Program-made: the position numbers and the translations under genes
From: Burkholderiales bacterium
Lineage (GTDB): Bacteria; Pseudomonadota; Gammaproteobacteria; Burkholderiales; SG8-39
NCBI GenBank assembly: GCA_035280025.1
Contig: DATEGT010000195.1
Coordinates: forward strand, 698-64,697
DNA length: 64,000 bases
Direction of reading: 5' to 3'
The notes under the pieces: model-generated
What the model was told of the DNA's origin: nothing
The model's database searches: none
What the model saw: only the letters and a program-made list of their open reading frames with translations
In this document: positions 37,109 through 46,832 of the stretch, in pieces
Layout: each line of letters opens with the position of its first letter
Numbering within the stretch: the stretch's first letter is position 1

Positions 37109-38776
37109 ATGGAGAAAAGAACCAAGCCCGAGAAGAGCGCAAGCGCCGCAGCGCGCGGGTACCCCGATCTGCACGAGCACTTGGAGGCGTTGGACCGCGC
37201 CGGGCTGCTCGTCATCGTCGACCGGCAGATCAACAAGGACACCGAAATGCACCCCTTGGTGCGGTGGCAGTTCCGCGGCGGCATCGAGGAGCCCGACCGG
37301 AAGGCCTTCCTTTTCAACCGGGTGGTCGACAGCAAGAAGCGGAAGTACGACATCCCCGTCGTCGTCGGCGCGCTCGCCGCGAGCCGCGAGATCTACCGGA
37401 TCGGCATGGGCTGCCCGCTCGACAAGATCAACGAGACCTGGATGCGGGCCGTGGCGAAGCCCATCGCGCCGCGGATCGTCGAGCGAGCGCCGTGCCACGA
37501 AATCGTCATCGAGGGAGACGAGCTCGACAAGCCCGGCAAGGGCCTTGATTCGCTGCCGATCCCGATCTCGACGCCGGGCTGGGACATCGCCCCTTTTACG
37601 ACGCTGTCGCAGTACATCACCAAGGATCCCGACAGCGGCGTGCAGAACATGGGCATCTACCGGGGGCAGGTCAAGGCGCAGCGGCGCCTGGGCATGAATC
37701 CCTCCCTGGAGCTGAGGCCGGGCATATACGCGCATTGGGAGAAGATGAGGGCGCGAGGAAAGAAGCTGCCCGCCGCGGTCATTCTGGGCGCACCGCCCTG
37801 CGTCGCGTTCACCTCCGCGCAAAAGGTGCCCGAGTCGCTCGACGAGCTCCACGTCGCCGGCGGCCTCGTAGGCTCGCCGATCAACGTGGTGAAAGCGAGG
37901 ACGGTCGACCTGCTCGTGCCCGCGGAGGCCGAAATCGTGGTCGAGGGCTACATCGACACCGAGTACCTCGAACCCGAGGCGCCCTTCGGGGAGTCGCACG
38001 GCCACGTGAACCTGCAGGAGTACAACGCGTTCATGGAGGTGACCTGCATCACCCGGCGCAAGGACGCCATCCTCACCTCGATCATCTCGCAGGTAACGCC
38101 TAGCGAATCGAGCCTCATCAAGCGCGTGGCGCTCGAGCCGCTCTTCACCCAACACCTGCGCGGCACGCTCGGCATCCTGGGTGTGAAGCGCGTGTCGATG
38201 CACGAACCGCTCACCAACCTGCGGAAAGTCGTGGTGATCGTGATGGACCGCAAGACCCCCCCCACCGAGGTGTGGCGCGCTCTCTACGGCGCGGCTTCGT
38301 GGAACCGCGCCGCGGGCAAGTACGTCGTCGCGGTCAACGAGGATATCGACCCGGACAACGCCGATGCCCTCCTGTGGGCGATGTCGTACCGGGCCAACCC
38401 TGCGCTCGACCTGCAGATACTGCGCCACCGCGACCAAGGACACGGTCCGCGGAGCAAGCGCAACGGCGGCGAAGATGCCTCGGTGCTGATCGACGCGACG
38501 ATGAAGGAGGATTTCCCGCCGATCTCGCTGCCGAAACGCGAATACATGGAGCATGCGAAGGCGATCTGGGACGAGCTCGGGTTGCCGAAGCTCAAACCCG
38601 AGGCACCGTGGTTCGGGTATTCGCTCGGCGAGTGGTCAGACGATCTGGAGCGCGCGGCCGAGCTCGCGGTGAAGGGAGACTATTTCGAAACGGGGAAGAC
38701 GCTCGTCAAGCGACGGCGCAAAGACGTCAAAATGAACACCGAAGTGCGCGACGTCGACGCGCCGAAGAAAGCATAG
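37109..38776 (+). CDS. UbiD-family (prFMN-dependent) decarboxylase
   Basis: Start ATG 37109 (SD AAAGGA). Reads DLHEHLEALDRAGLLVIVDRQINKDTEMHPLVRWQF... and GIYRGQV. 555 aa. Confidence 0.85.
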   Translation: MEKRTKPEKSASAAARGYPDLHEHLEALDRAGLLVIVDRQINKDTEMHPLVRWQFRGGIEEPDRKAFLFNRVVDSKKRKYDIPVVVGALAASREIYRIGMGCPLDKINETWMRAVAKPIAPRIVERAPCHEIVIEGDELDKPGKGLDSLPIPISTPGWDIAPFTTLSQYITKDPDSGVQNMGIYRGQVKAQRRLGMNPSLELRPGIYAHWEKMRARGKKLPAAVILGAPPCVAFTSAQKVPESLDELHVAGGLVGSPINVVKARTVDLLVPAEAEIVVEGYIDTEYLEPEAPFGESHGHVNLQEYNAFMEVTCITRRKDAILTSIISQVTPSESSLIKRVALEPLFTQHLRGTLGILGVKRVSMHEPLTNLRKVVVIVMDRKTPPTEVWRALYGAASWNRAAGKYVVAVNEDIDPDNADALLWAMSYRANPALDLQILRHRDQGHGPRSKRNGGEDASVLIDATMKEDFPPISLPKREYMEHAKAIWDELGLPKLKPEAPWFGYSLGEWSDDLERAAELAVKGDYFETGKTLVKRRRKDVKMNTEVRDVDAPKKA

Positions 38777-38791
38777 CCAGTCGCAAGCGCG

Positions 38792-38867
38792 TGGTGCCGG
38801 GCAGAGGATTCGAACCCCCGACCGTCGCATTACAAATGCGCTGCTCTACCAGCTGAGCTAGCCCGGC
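38792..38867 (-). tRNA. tRNA-Thr (anticodon TGT)
   Basis: The minus strand reads GCCGGGCTAGCTCAGCTGGTAGAGCAGCGCATTTGTAATGCGACGGTCGGGGGTTCGAATCCTCTGCCCGGCACCA. Cloverleaf with 7-bp acceptor stem, TGT in the anticodon loop, and encoded CCA. Confidence 0.9.
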
Positions 38868-38897
38868 GCCGCGACCATTATACGGCGGCGCCGCGGC

Positions 38898-39320
38898 CTA
38901 CTTGATCCGCCTCAGTGCCGGCCGGCTCCCGGGTCTGGGAGGATCGTTCGGGTCTGGCATGGCGGCCCCGGCTTCGCGCGCGCCTTCCTCGCCCGCGTCC
39001 TCGCGGCCGAACGACATGCCGTGCCCGGTTTCGCGGGCGTAGATGGCCGTGACCGCCTTGACGGGAATGACGAGATCCTTCGCGACTCCCGAAAACCGGG
39101 TAGAGCACTCGATGACCTCGTTGCCCATCTTCAAACGGTTAGCGGCGAGCGGACCGATGTTGAGGACGATCTGCCCGTCTCGCACGTGCTCCGCCGGAAC
39201 GCGAGTCTGGGCGTCGACCGCCACAGAAATCTGCGGCGTATAACCGTTGTCGACGCACCATTCATACACCGCGCGCAGCAGGTACGGCTTGGTCGACGTG
39301 GGCTCGCCCGCGGACGTCAT
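38898..39320 (-). CDS. sspB: ClpXP adaptor / stringent starvation protein B
   Basis: Start ATG 39320 (ATGA overlap with sspA). Reads STKPYLLRAVYEWCVDNGYTPQISV, with a disordered tail ending LRRIK. Confidence 0.9.
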   Translation of the reverse strand: MTSAGEPTSTKPYLLRAVYEWCVDNGYTPQISVAVDAQTRVPAEHVRDGQIVLNIGPLAANRLKMGNEVIECSTRFSGVAKDLVIPVKAVTAIYARETGHGMSFGREDAGEEGAREAGAAMPDPNDPPRPGSRPALRRIK

Positions 39321-39916
39321 TTGCGCATCACTTTTTCCGACGGCGTCAGCGCTTCGATGAACGCCGGCCGGGAGAACAGGCGCTCGGCATACTTCATGAG
39401 GGGCGCTCCCGCCTTCGGCAGGGATATTCCGTAGTAGTCGAGGCGCCACAGCAGGGGGCTGATCGCGACGTCGAGCATGGAGAATTCGTCCCCGAGCATG
39501 TATTTCTGCTTGGTGAAGACCGGCGCCATCTGGGTGAGCTGATCTGCGACGTGCTGCCGCGCGCGATCCTGCTGCTTCTGGTTGCCGTTTTCCAGCGTCT
39601 CGATATGGTCGAAGAGTTCCTTCTCGAACTGGAACAGGAACAGCCGCGCACGCGCGCGCATCACCGGATCCGCGGGCATGAGTTGGGGGTGCGGAAAACG
39701 TTCGTCGATGTATTCGTTGATGATGTTGGCTTCGTAGAGGATGAGATCGCGCTCGACCAGCACGGGCAGCCTGTTGTACGGATTCATCACCGCGATGTCT
39801 TCCGGCTTGTTGTACATGTCGACATCGATGATCTGAAAATCCATCCCTTTCTCGTACAGCACGATGCGGCACCGCTGCGAGAACGGATCGGTGGTTCCTG
39901 AGTAGAGGTTCATCAT
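39317..39916 (-). CDS. sspA: stringent starvation protein A (GST fold)
   Basis: 199 aa, MMNLYSGTTDPFSQRCRIVLYEKGMDFQIIDVD. Confidence 0.9.
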   Translation of the reverse strand: MMNLYSGTTDPFSQRCRIVLYEKGMDFQIIDVDMYNKPEDIAVMNPYNRLPVLVERDLILYEANIINEYIDERFPHPQLMPADPVMRARARLFLFQFEKELFDHIETLENGNQKQQDRARQHVADQLTQMAPVFTKQKYMLGDEFSMLDVAISPLLWRLDYYGISLPKAGAPLMKYAERLFSRPAFIEALTPSEKVMRK

Positions 39917-39947
39917 ATTGGCTTACCCGTTCGGGCGGTTGCAGATG

Positions 39948-39971
39948 AAAAAGGCGCGGACGCCCCGCGCC
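39948..39971 (-). terminator. rho-independent terminator after petC
   Basis: The minus strand reads GGCGCGG-ggcgt-CCGCGCC followed by TTTTT. Confidence 0.6.
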
Positions 39972-39995
39972 CGCGCCCCGGGGACGGCGTTCCCT

Positions 39996-40802
39996 TTAGT
40001 GCACGTCCTTCCAGAATTCCTTGTAAAGGAGGTACGCAAACACGAGCAGCACCAGCAGCACGAGCAGGACGACGTACCCGGCCTGCTTGCGCTCCAGCTG
40101 ATTCGGCTCGGACATCCAGGTCATGAAATTCACGAGATCCCGCACCAGGATGTCGTAGTCGCGCTGCGAAAGCGCCCCCGGGACCTCGGTCTTGATCGTC
40201 TTCAGGACGAAGCGTTCCCCGTCCTTGCCCGCCTGTTCCGGCGTGAGGACGTCGATCTTCCATGCGCTCGTCTGCTGCCGGGCGATCCCTTCGGCGTGTT
40301 CCAGGTCCTTGAACTTCCGCTCGACCTGCACCTGCTGTCCTGACAGCGTCCACAGCACGTTCGGCATGGCTACCCGGTCGTAGACCATGTTGTTCCAGCC
40401 CGTCGCGGACTCCTTGTCCCGGTAGAAGCTGCGCAGATACGTATACAGCCAGTCCGCTCCGCGCGCGCGGGCGATCACCGACAGGTCCGGAGGAGCCGTG
40501 CCGAGCCACTCCTTGGCCTCCTTCTTGGTCAGAGCGACGTTCATGAGCTCGCCGATCTTGTCGGCGGTAAACAGCAGGTTGTCCTTGATCTGCGCCTCGG
40601 TGAGGCCGATCTCCTCGAGCTTGCTGTAGCGCATCATCCCCGCGGCGTGGCAGTTCAGGCAGTAGTTGACGAGGGTACGCGCGCCCGCCTGCAGGCTGGC
40701 GACATCGCGCGGATCGATCGGCGCGGCATCCAGCCTGACGGATTCTTCCTGTGCCGTCGCCAGGGGCGCCGCGAGCGCGAGGAGAAGCAAAAGGATCCTC
40801 AT
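39996..40802 (-). CDS. petC: cytochrome c1 of the bc1 complex
   Basis: 268 aa with a signal peptide, haem motif CLNCHA and a C-terminal TM anchor. Confidence 0.9.
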   Translation of the reverse strand: MRILLLLLALAAPLATAQEESVRLDAAPIDPRDVASLQAGARTLVNYCLNCHAAGMMRYSKLEEIGLTEAQIKDNLLFTADKIGELMNVALTKKEAKEWLGTAPPDLSVIARARGADWLYTYLRSFYRDKESATGWNNMVYDRVAMPNVLWTLSGQQVQVERKFKDLEHAEGIARQQTSAWKIDVLTPEQAGKDGERFVLKTIKTEVPGALSQRDYDILVRDLVNFMTWMSEPNQLERKQAGYVVLLVLLVLLVFAYLLYKEFWKDVH

Positions 40803-42199
40803 TTGCCCCTCACGCGGTTAGGTTCGGGGCTGCATTTGTCCATCTTCGACCACCAGGGCATGAGGAAGAAGAACAGGAAGTAGATCGCCGTCCCGACCTG
40901 CGCCGCGATGGTGCGTCCGCTGGTGACCGCCAGCGTACCCAGATAGCCGAGCTCGAAGAAAGCTACGACAAACACGGCGATCGCCGCCTTGGTGATCGGC
41001 CCCTTGTAGCGGATCGACTTCACGGGGCTGCGGTCGAGCCAGGGCAGCAGGAAGAAGATCATGACCGACACACCCATCAGGACCACGCCCCAGACCTTGG
41101 CGTCGAGCGTGAAGAACCCCGCCAACAGCACAATCGCCGCGGCGCCGACCACGGCTCTCACGACGGCGTTCTTGACGTTCCAGATGATCAGCGCGGCGAA
41201 GGCGATGACGCCGGGCGTGAGAACCCAGCGCACGAACTCGTCGGTCGTCGCGCGCAGAATCGAATAGTAGGGCGTGAAGTACCACACCGGAGCGATGTGC
41301 GGGGGCGTCTTCAGCGGATCGGCCGCGATGAAGTTGTTCGCCTCCAGGAAGTAGCCGCCACCCTCGGGTGCGAAGAACACCACGATCGCGAAGATGATGA
41401 GGAACACCGCCACCCCGAAGGTGTCCTTGACCGTGTAGTAGGGGTGGAACGGGATCCCGTCCAGCGGCCTGCCGGTCTTGGAGTCCTTGGCGTTCTTGAT
41501 CTCCACGCCGTCGGGGTTGTTCGAGCCGACCTCGTGCAGCGCGAGCAGATGGGCCACGACGAGCGCAAGAAGCACCAGAGGAACCGCGATCACGTGAAAA
41601 GCGAAGAAGCGATTGAGGGTCGCGTCCGACACCACGTAGTCGCCCCGGATCCAGATCGCGAGGTCCGGCCCGATGAAAGGTATCGCGCCGAAGAGGTTCA
41701 CGATCACCTGCGCGCCCCAGTACGACATCTGTCCCCAGGGAAGGAGGTAACCGAAGAATGCCTCCGCCATCAGGCAGAGGAATATGAGCATTCCGAAGAT
41801 CCACAGCAGCTCGCGCGGCTTGCGGTAGGATCCGTACAGCAGCCCGCGGAACATGTGGAGGTAGACGCAGATGAAGAAGAACGATGCGCCCGTCGAGTGC
41901 ATGTAGCGGATCCACCAGCCCCACGGGACCTCGCGCATGATGTACTCGACCGAGGCGAACGCCTGCCCCGCGTCCGGCTTGTAGTTCATCGTCAGGAAGA
42001 TACCGGTGACGAGCTGCAGCACCAGCACGAACAGGGCGAGCGAGCCGAAGTAGTACCAGAAGTTGAAATTCTTGGGCGCGTAGTATTCGGCGAGGTGCGA
42101 GCGCCAGTTCTCCATCAGCGGGAAGCGCTGGTCGATCCAGGTGAGCAGGCCGTTGAACGGTCCCGCTCCGGTCACCGGCTGCTTTTCGGCCGCAGCCAT
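40799..42199 (-). CDS. petB: cytochrome b of the bc1 complex
   Basis: Start ATG 42199. Reads WIDQRFPLMENWRSHLAEYYAPKNFNFWYYFGSLA...PEWYF-like (PVWYFTPYY). Confidence 0.95.
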   Translation of the reverse strand: MAAAEKQPVTGAGPFNGLLTWIDQRFPLMENWRSHLAEYYAPKNFNFWYYFGSLALFVLVLQLVTGIFLTMNYKPDAGQAFASVEYIMREVPWGWWIRYMHSTGASFFFICVYLHMFRGLLYGSYRKPRELLWIFGMLIFLCLMAEAFFGYLLPWGQMSYWGAQVIVNLFGAIPFIGPDLAIWIRGDYVVSDATLNRFFAFHVIAVPLVLLALVVAHLLALHEVGSNNPDGVEIKNAKDSKTGRPLDGIPFHPYYTVKDTFGVAVFLIIFAIVVFFAPEGGGYFLEANNFIAADPLKTPPHIAPVWYFTPYYSILRATTDEFVRWVLTPGVIAFAALIIWNVKNAVVRAVVGAAAIVLLAGFFTLDAKVWGVVLMGVSVMIFFLLPWLDRSPVKSIRYKGPITKAAIAVFVVAFFELGYLGTLAVTSGRTIAAQVGTAIYFLFFFLMPWWSKMDKCSPEPNRVRGK

Positions 42200-42201
42200 G
42201 T

Positions 42202-42804
42202 CTACGCTCCCTTCTTGTCTTCGCCGATGAGGATCTTGTTGTCCGCCAGGAAAGTGTAGGGCGGGACCCTCAGGTTGTCGGGAGCGGGCTTGTTCTTGTA
42301 TACGCGGCCGGCAAGGTCGTAGAGCGAGCCGTGGCAGGGGCAATAAAAGCCGCCGTTCCAGTCCGGAGCGAACGGCTCGTTGCCCGCCTGGAGCTTGTCG
42401 ATGGGCGTGCATCCGAGATGCGTGCAGATACCCACGACCACCAGATATTCGGGCTTGACCGAGCGAAACTCGTTGCGCGCGTACACGGGCGTCAGCTCGT
42501 CCTGCTTGCGCTTGCTCTGAGGGTCGGCGACCTTGTCGTCGTCCTTCTTGATCCCTTCGAGCATTTCCGGCGTGCGGTGGAGGATCCACACCGGCTGCCC
42601 GCGCCATTCAAAGGTCGCCATCTCTCCCGGCGCGAGGTGGCTGATGTCGGCCTCGACCGGCGCCCCCAGCGCCTTGGCGCGATCCGAAGGAAGCATCGAA
42701 GCGGCGAAGGGGACGGCGGTGGCCACCACTGCGGCACCGCCGGCGCAGGCGCTCGCGATGACCAGCGTTCGCCGGCCGCGGTTGATTCCCGCGTGATCTG
42801 TCAT
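42202..42804 (-). CDS. petA: ubiquinol-cytochrome c reductase Rieske iron-sulfur subunit
   Basis: Start ATG 42804. Rieske boxes CTHLGC and CPCHGS, with a Tat-like RRTLV N-terminus. Confidence 0.95.
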   Translation of the reverse strand: MTDHAGINRGRRTLVIASACAGGAAVVATAVPFAASMLPSDRAKALGAPVEADISHLAPGEMATFEWRGQPVWILHRTPEMLEGIKKDDDKVADPQSKRKQDELTPVYARNEFRSVKPEYLVVVGICTHLGCTPIDKLQAGNEPFAPDWNGGFYCPCHGSLYDLAGRVYKNKPAPDNLRVPPYTFLADNKILIGEDKKGA

Positions 42805-43059
42805 GGAGAAATCCTTGCTGAAAGAGGAATCTGTGGAAGAGCGCAAATTATACAGAAAGCGCGCTGCGAGGCCAAATTTTGGAACCCAACCCGTTGATTC
42901 CGGAAACGAATTCGCGGAGCCGCCCACGCCGCGCGGGCGCCGCAAGTGGATTTGGGCGATAATCGCGGCTTCAGGGAGTCCAGGTTACCGCCACGCTTTC
43001 CGCGAAAACGGCCACCGCGGACAAAGTCGTCAGTGATCCGGCATCGCCCGGAAGGTTTC

Positions 43060-44214
43060 ATGCGCAATCTTTGGCTCATCTTTGCCCAGGCCGCCACCGT
43101 CGCGGTGGGCGCGCTGTTCGTGGTCACCACGCTCAAGCCCGAATGGCTGGGCCGTTCCTCGTCCGGGCCGCAAGTGATCGAGCTGCGGCAAGCGACCCCG
43201 GCCGCTCTTCCCGGGCGGGCGACTTCCTACAGCGATGCGGTGAGAAAAGCGGTCCCGGCCGTCGTCAACATTTTCACGAGCAAGGAAATCAAGGCGCAGC
43301 GCCATCCGTTTCTCGACGATCCCCTGTTCCGGCATTTCTTCGGTGACCGCCTGCAGGAGGAACCGCAGCGCGCGTCGAGCCTGGGCTCGGGCGTGATCGT
43401 CAGCTCCAAGGGCTACATCCTCACCAATCACCACGTCGTCGAGGCCGCCGACGAGATCGAGGTCGCCCTCGTAGACGGCACGAAGCTCAAGGCGCGCGCA
43501 GTGGGCTCGGACCCCGAGAGCGATATCGCGGTGCTGCAGGTCGAAGGCCGACCGGTTCCGGCGATCACGTTCGGCGATGCCGACTCGCTGCGCGTCGGGG
43601 ACGTGGTGCTCGCCATCGGCAATCCCTTCGGCGTGGGACAAACGGTGACGATGGGCATCGTTTCCGCGCTGGGACGGAGCCAGCTCGGAATCAACACGTT
43701 CGAGAACTTCATCCAGACCGACGCCGCGATCAACCCCGGCAACTCCGGGGGCGCGCTGATCGACACGGCCGGCAATCTCGTCGGCATCAACACCGCGATC
43801 TTCTCGCGCTCGGGAGGATCCCTGGGCATTGGTTTCGCGATACCCGCATCGAGCGCCAAGCAGGTCATGGAGCAGATCATCGAGACCGGCAGCGTAACCC
43901 GCGGCTGGATCGGAGTGGAGGCTCGGGAAATCGCCCCGGAAATCAGCGATCCGGGCCAGGATTCCTCGACCAGCGGAGTTCTGATCGCCGGAGTGCGGCG
44001 CGGCGAGCCGGCGGACAAGGCGGGCCTTAGAGCAGGGGACGTTCTCGTGGCCATCAACGGCAAGCCGGTCAAGGACTCGACCTCGATGCTCAATCTGGTC
44101 GCTGCGCTCGTTCCGGGTCAATCGGCGTCGATCCGGTACCGGCGCGACAACCAGGACGGCGAGGTGCAGGTGACCGTCGGCAAGCGTCCCGCCCAGCAGC
44201 GCCGTCGCCGCTGA
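43060..44214 (+). CDS. DegS/AlgW-type S1C serine endoprotease with one PDZ domain
   Basis: Start ATG 43060 (N-terminal TM MRNLWLIFAQAATVAVGALFVV). Catalytic TNHHV, DIAVLQ and GNSGGAL. Confidence 0.85.
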   Translation: MRNLWLIFAQAATVAVGALFVVTTLKPEWLGRSSSGPQVIELRQATPAALPGRATSYSDAVRKAVPAVVNIFTSKEIKAQRHPFLDDPLFRHFFGDRLQEEPQRASSLGSGVIVSSKGYILTNHHVVEAADEIEVALVDGTKLKARAVGSDPESDIAVLQVEGRPVPAITFGDADSLRVGDVVLAIGNPFGVGQTVTMGIVSALGRSQLGINTFENFIQTDAAINPGNSGGALIDTAGNLVGINTAIFSRSGGSLGIGFAIPASSAKQVMEQIIETGSVTRGWIGVEAREIAPEISDPGQDSSTSGVLIAGVRRGEPADKAGLRAGDVLVAINGKPVKDSTSMLNLVAALVPGQSASIRYRRDNQDGEVQVTVGKRPAQQRRRR

Positions 44215-44232
44215 CGACGGGACTTCGCGCGG

Positions 44233-45003
44233 CTACTTCTGCCCCGCTTCCGTCTGCTCGACGTCCTTTTCCGCAGTTTCGCCCGTCGCTTGCGGGCGCC
44301 CGACGAGACGCGCCGCCACGATGCCGAGCTCGTAGAGGAACCACAGGGGCACCGCGAGCATCACCTGCGAGATCACATCGGGCGGCGTGAAAATCGCGCC
44401 GATGACGAATGCTCCCACGATCACGTAGGGCCGGATGTGCTTCAGCTTGTCAATCGAGACGACGCCGACCCGCACCAGCACGATGACCGCGACCGGCACC
44501 TCGAACGTGACCCCGAACGCGACGAAGGTCGTCAGCACGAAGGAAAGGTACTTGTCGATGTCGGTCATCCACGCGACGCCTTCGGGCGCGATCGACGCCA
44601 TGAACTTGAACACCACCGGGAACACCAGGAAGTACGCGAACGACATGCCGACCAGGAACAGGAGCGAACTGGCGAAGACCAGCGGCAGCACCAGCCGCTT
44701 TTCATGCAGGTAGAGCCCCGGTGCGACGAACGCCCACACCTGGTAGAGAACGTAGGGCAGCGCGATCACGAACGCGACCAGGAAAGCGACCTTGACCGGC
44801 ACCAGGAACACGCCGACCACGTCCGTGGCGATCATCTGCCCGCCGACGGGCAGGGCGGCAATCAAGGGCCTCGCGAGTATCGCGTAAAGATCCCGCGCCC
44901 AGGGAAAGAGACACAGGAACACGACGATCACCGCGAGAATCGCCCGCAGGAGCCGGTCGCGCAGCTCGACCAGATGAGAGATGAAGGTGTCCTGCGAGGT
45001 CAT
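44233..45003 (-). CDS. tatC: twin-arginine translocase subunit TatC
   Basis: 256 aa, 6 TM, FISHLVELRDRLLRAI. Confidence 0.95.
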   Translation of the reverse strand: MTSQDTFISHLVELRDRLLRAILAVIVVFLCLFPWARDLYAILARPLIAALPVGGQMIATDVVGVFLVPVKVAFLVAFVIALPYVLYQVWAFVAPGLYLHEKRLVLPLVFASSLLFLVGMSFAYFLVFPVVFKFMASIAPEGVAWMTDIDKYLSFVLTTFVAFGVTFEVPVAVIVLVRVGVVSIDKLKHIRPYVIVGAFVIGAIFTPPDVISQVMLAVPLWFLYELGIVAARLVGRPQATGETAEKDVEQTEAGQK

Positions 45004-45016
45004 TCAGGCCGGAGGC

Positions 45017-45433
45017 TCAGGCGGCGGTTTTCTCCGGCGGTGAAGGCGCACCCTGCGGCGCGTCGCCGGCTTCTTGGGCAGGCGCCGCGGGTTGCGCAGC
45101 CTGCGGGGACGCCGAGGAGGCGGTCTCGCCGCCCTGCGCCAGCGAATTGAGCTCGCTCCCGGTCTTGGCAGCCTCGGCCTGCACGGAGCTCACCGCGCTG
45201 GTAACGCTGCTCTCGAACCCTCGTGCCGCGTCTTCGAACGTGGTCTTGAACTTGCGCAGCTCCTCCAGCTCGATCTCGCGGTTGATGTCGGCCTTGACAT
45301 CGTTGACATAGCGCTGCAGGCGGCCGAACAAATGGCCCATGGTGCGCGCCACGCGCGGCAGCCGCTCCGGCCCGATCACGATGAGCGCCACCACGGCGAT
45401 CACCATCAGTTCGGAGAATCCGACGTCAAACAC
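45017..45433 (-). CDS. tatB: twin-arginine translocase subunit TatB
   Basis: 138 aa with a GTG start, MFDVGFSELMVIAVVALIVIGPERLP. Confidence 0.9.
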   Translation of the reverse strand: MFDVGFSELMVIAVVALIVIGPERLPRVARTMGHLFGRLQRYVNDVKADINREIELEELRKFKTTFEDAARGFESSVTSAVSSVQAEAAKTGSELNSLAQGGETASSASPQAAQPAAPAQEAGDAPQGAPSPPEKTAA

Positions 45434-45490
45434 GTTGGTTGAACCTTCGCGGCCGGGACGGACCCGGCAATGCGATCGCGGCGCGGACCC

Positions 45491-45721
45491 TCAGGTCTTG
45501 GCCTTGTCCTTGATTTCGCCTTCGATGGTGCGGCCGGTCATCTGGGCCGCCGGGCCGCCGTCGGCGGGCTTGTCGTCGCCTGCGCCTTTCATTCCGTCCT
45601 TGAAGCCGCGCACCGCGCCGCCGAGATCGGCTCCGATGTTACGAATCTTCTTCGTGCCGAATATGAGCAGGACCACCAGAAGCACGATCAACCAATGCCA
45701 GATACTCAGTCCACCAGGCAT
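45491..45721 (-). CDS. tatA: twin-arginine translocase subunit TatA
   Basis: 76 aa, [24 protein letters not shown]. Confidence 0.9.
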   Translation of the reverse strand: MPGGLSIWHWLIVLLVVLLIFGTKKIRNIGADLGGAVRGFKDGMKGAGDDKPADGGPAAQMTGRTIEGEIKDKAKT

Positions 45722-45733
45722 AACACGACTCCT

Positions 45734-46087
45734 TCAAGTGCGTTTCAGCATCGGACCCAGGGTTTCCGGGCCGCCGATGACATGGACGTGTAGATGATAC
45801 ACCTCCTGCCGACCCACACGCCCCGAGTTGATGATGGTGCGAAAGCCGTCGGTCGAGCCCTGCTCGCGCGCAAGGCGCGGCGCGGTTGCAAGAATCTTGC
45901 CCAGGATCGCCTGATGGCTCATGTCGCATTCCGCGAGGGAGGCTATGTGCTGCTTGGGAATGATCATGAAGTGCACCGGCGCGAGCGGCTGGATGTCGTG
46001 GAACGCGAATATGTCCGCGTCCTCGTACACCTTGCGGCTGGGAATCTCGCCCCGCACGATCCTGCAGAAAATGCAGTCCGACGCCAT
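45734..46087 (-). CDS. HIT-family (histidine triad) nucleotide-binding protein
   Basis: Start ATG 46087 (MASDCIFCRIVRGEIP). HLHVHVIGG triad. Confidence 0.9.
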   Translation of the reverse strand: MASDCIFCRIVRGEIPSRKVYEDADIFAFHDIQPLAPVHFMIIPKQHIASLAECDMSHQAILGKILATAPRLAREQGSTDGFRTIINSGRVGRQEVYHLHVHVIGGPETLGPMLKRT

Positions 46088-46089
46088 GC

Positions 46090-46434
46090 CTACTTCCGCT
46101 CGGCGTTCGCGCGCCGCTTGTCCTGCCGCGCCGCCTTCTCGTCGATCCCGGAAATCCCCTCGCGCCGGCGCAGCTCCGCGAGCACGTCCGCCGGGCGCAG
46201 GCCGAAATGCGCCAGCATGATGAGGCAGTGGAACCACAGGTCCGCGGTCTCTCCGACGATGCGCAGCCGATCTCCGTCCTTCGCCGCCATGACGGTCTCG
46301 GTCGCCTCCTCGCCGACCTTTTTCAGGATCGCGTCCGGTCCGCGGGCGAACAGGCGCGCCACGTACGATTTCTCGGCGTCGCCGCCCTTGCGGCTCTCGA
46401 CCACGTCGGCCAGGCGCTCGAGGATGTCGCTCAT
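46090..46434 (-). CDS. hisE: phosphoribosyl-ATP pyrophosphatase
   Basis: Start ATG 46434 (ATGA overlap with hisI). Reads [29 protein letters not shown]. Confidence 0.9.
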   Translation of the reverse strand: MSDILERLADVVESRKGGDAEKSYVARLFARGPDAILKKVGEEATETVMAAKDGDRLRIVGETADLWFHCLIMLAHFGLRPADVLAELRRREGISGIDEKAARQDKRRANAERK

Positions 46435-46820
46435 CGGTTGTATATCTCCTTCGGATCCTTGAGCACGGGTTCTACCTCCAGCCAACGCCCGTTTTCGAGC
46501 TTCTGGAAAAAGCAGCTGTGCCGGCCGGTGTGGCAGGCGATGCTCCCGGCTTGCTCCACTTTCAGCAGCAGCACGTCCTCGTCGCAATCCAGCCGGATCT
46601 CGCGCACCGTCTGGACGTTCCCCGACTGCTCGCCTTTCTTCCACAGGCGCTTGCGCGTGCGCGACCAGTAGTGCGCCTGCCCCGTCGCCACGGTTTTCGC
46701 GAGGGACTCGCGGTTCATCCAGGCGAGCGTCAGCACGTCGTTCGTCGACAGCTCCTGCGCGATCGCCGGGACGAGGCCGTGCTCGTCCCACTTTACCTTG
46801 TCCAACCAGCTGTCCGCCAT
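46431..46820 (-). CDS. hisI: phosphoribosyl-AMP cyclohydrolase
   Basis: 129 aa, GLVPAIAQE...[19 protein letters not shown]. Confidence 0.9.
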   Translation of the reverse strand: MADSWLDKVKWDEHGLVPAIAQELSTNDVLTLAWMNRESLAKTVATGQAHYWSRTRKRLWKKGEQSGNVQTVREIRLDCDEDVLLLKVEQAGSIACHTGRHSCFFQKLENGRWLEVEPVLKDPKEIYNR

Positions 46821-46832
46821 CGTCTCCGCCGT

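Noticed and set aside
38777-38897. tRNA-Thr as the integration site of a genomic island
   Set aside because: There is no integrase and no obvious compositional change. I did not see a direct repeat of the tRNA 3' end nearby. The tRNA sits at the boundary of the conserved sspAB-petABC block.
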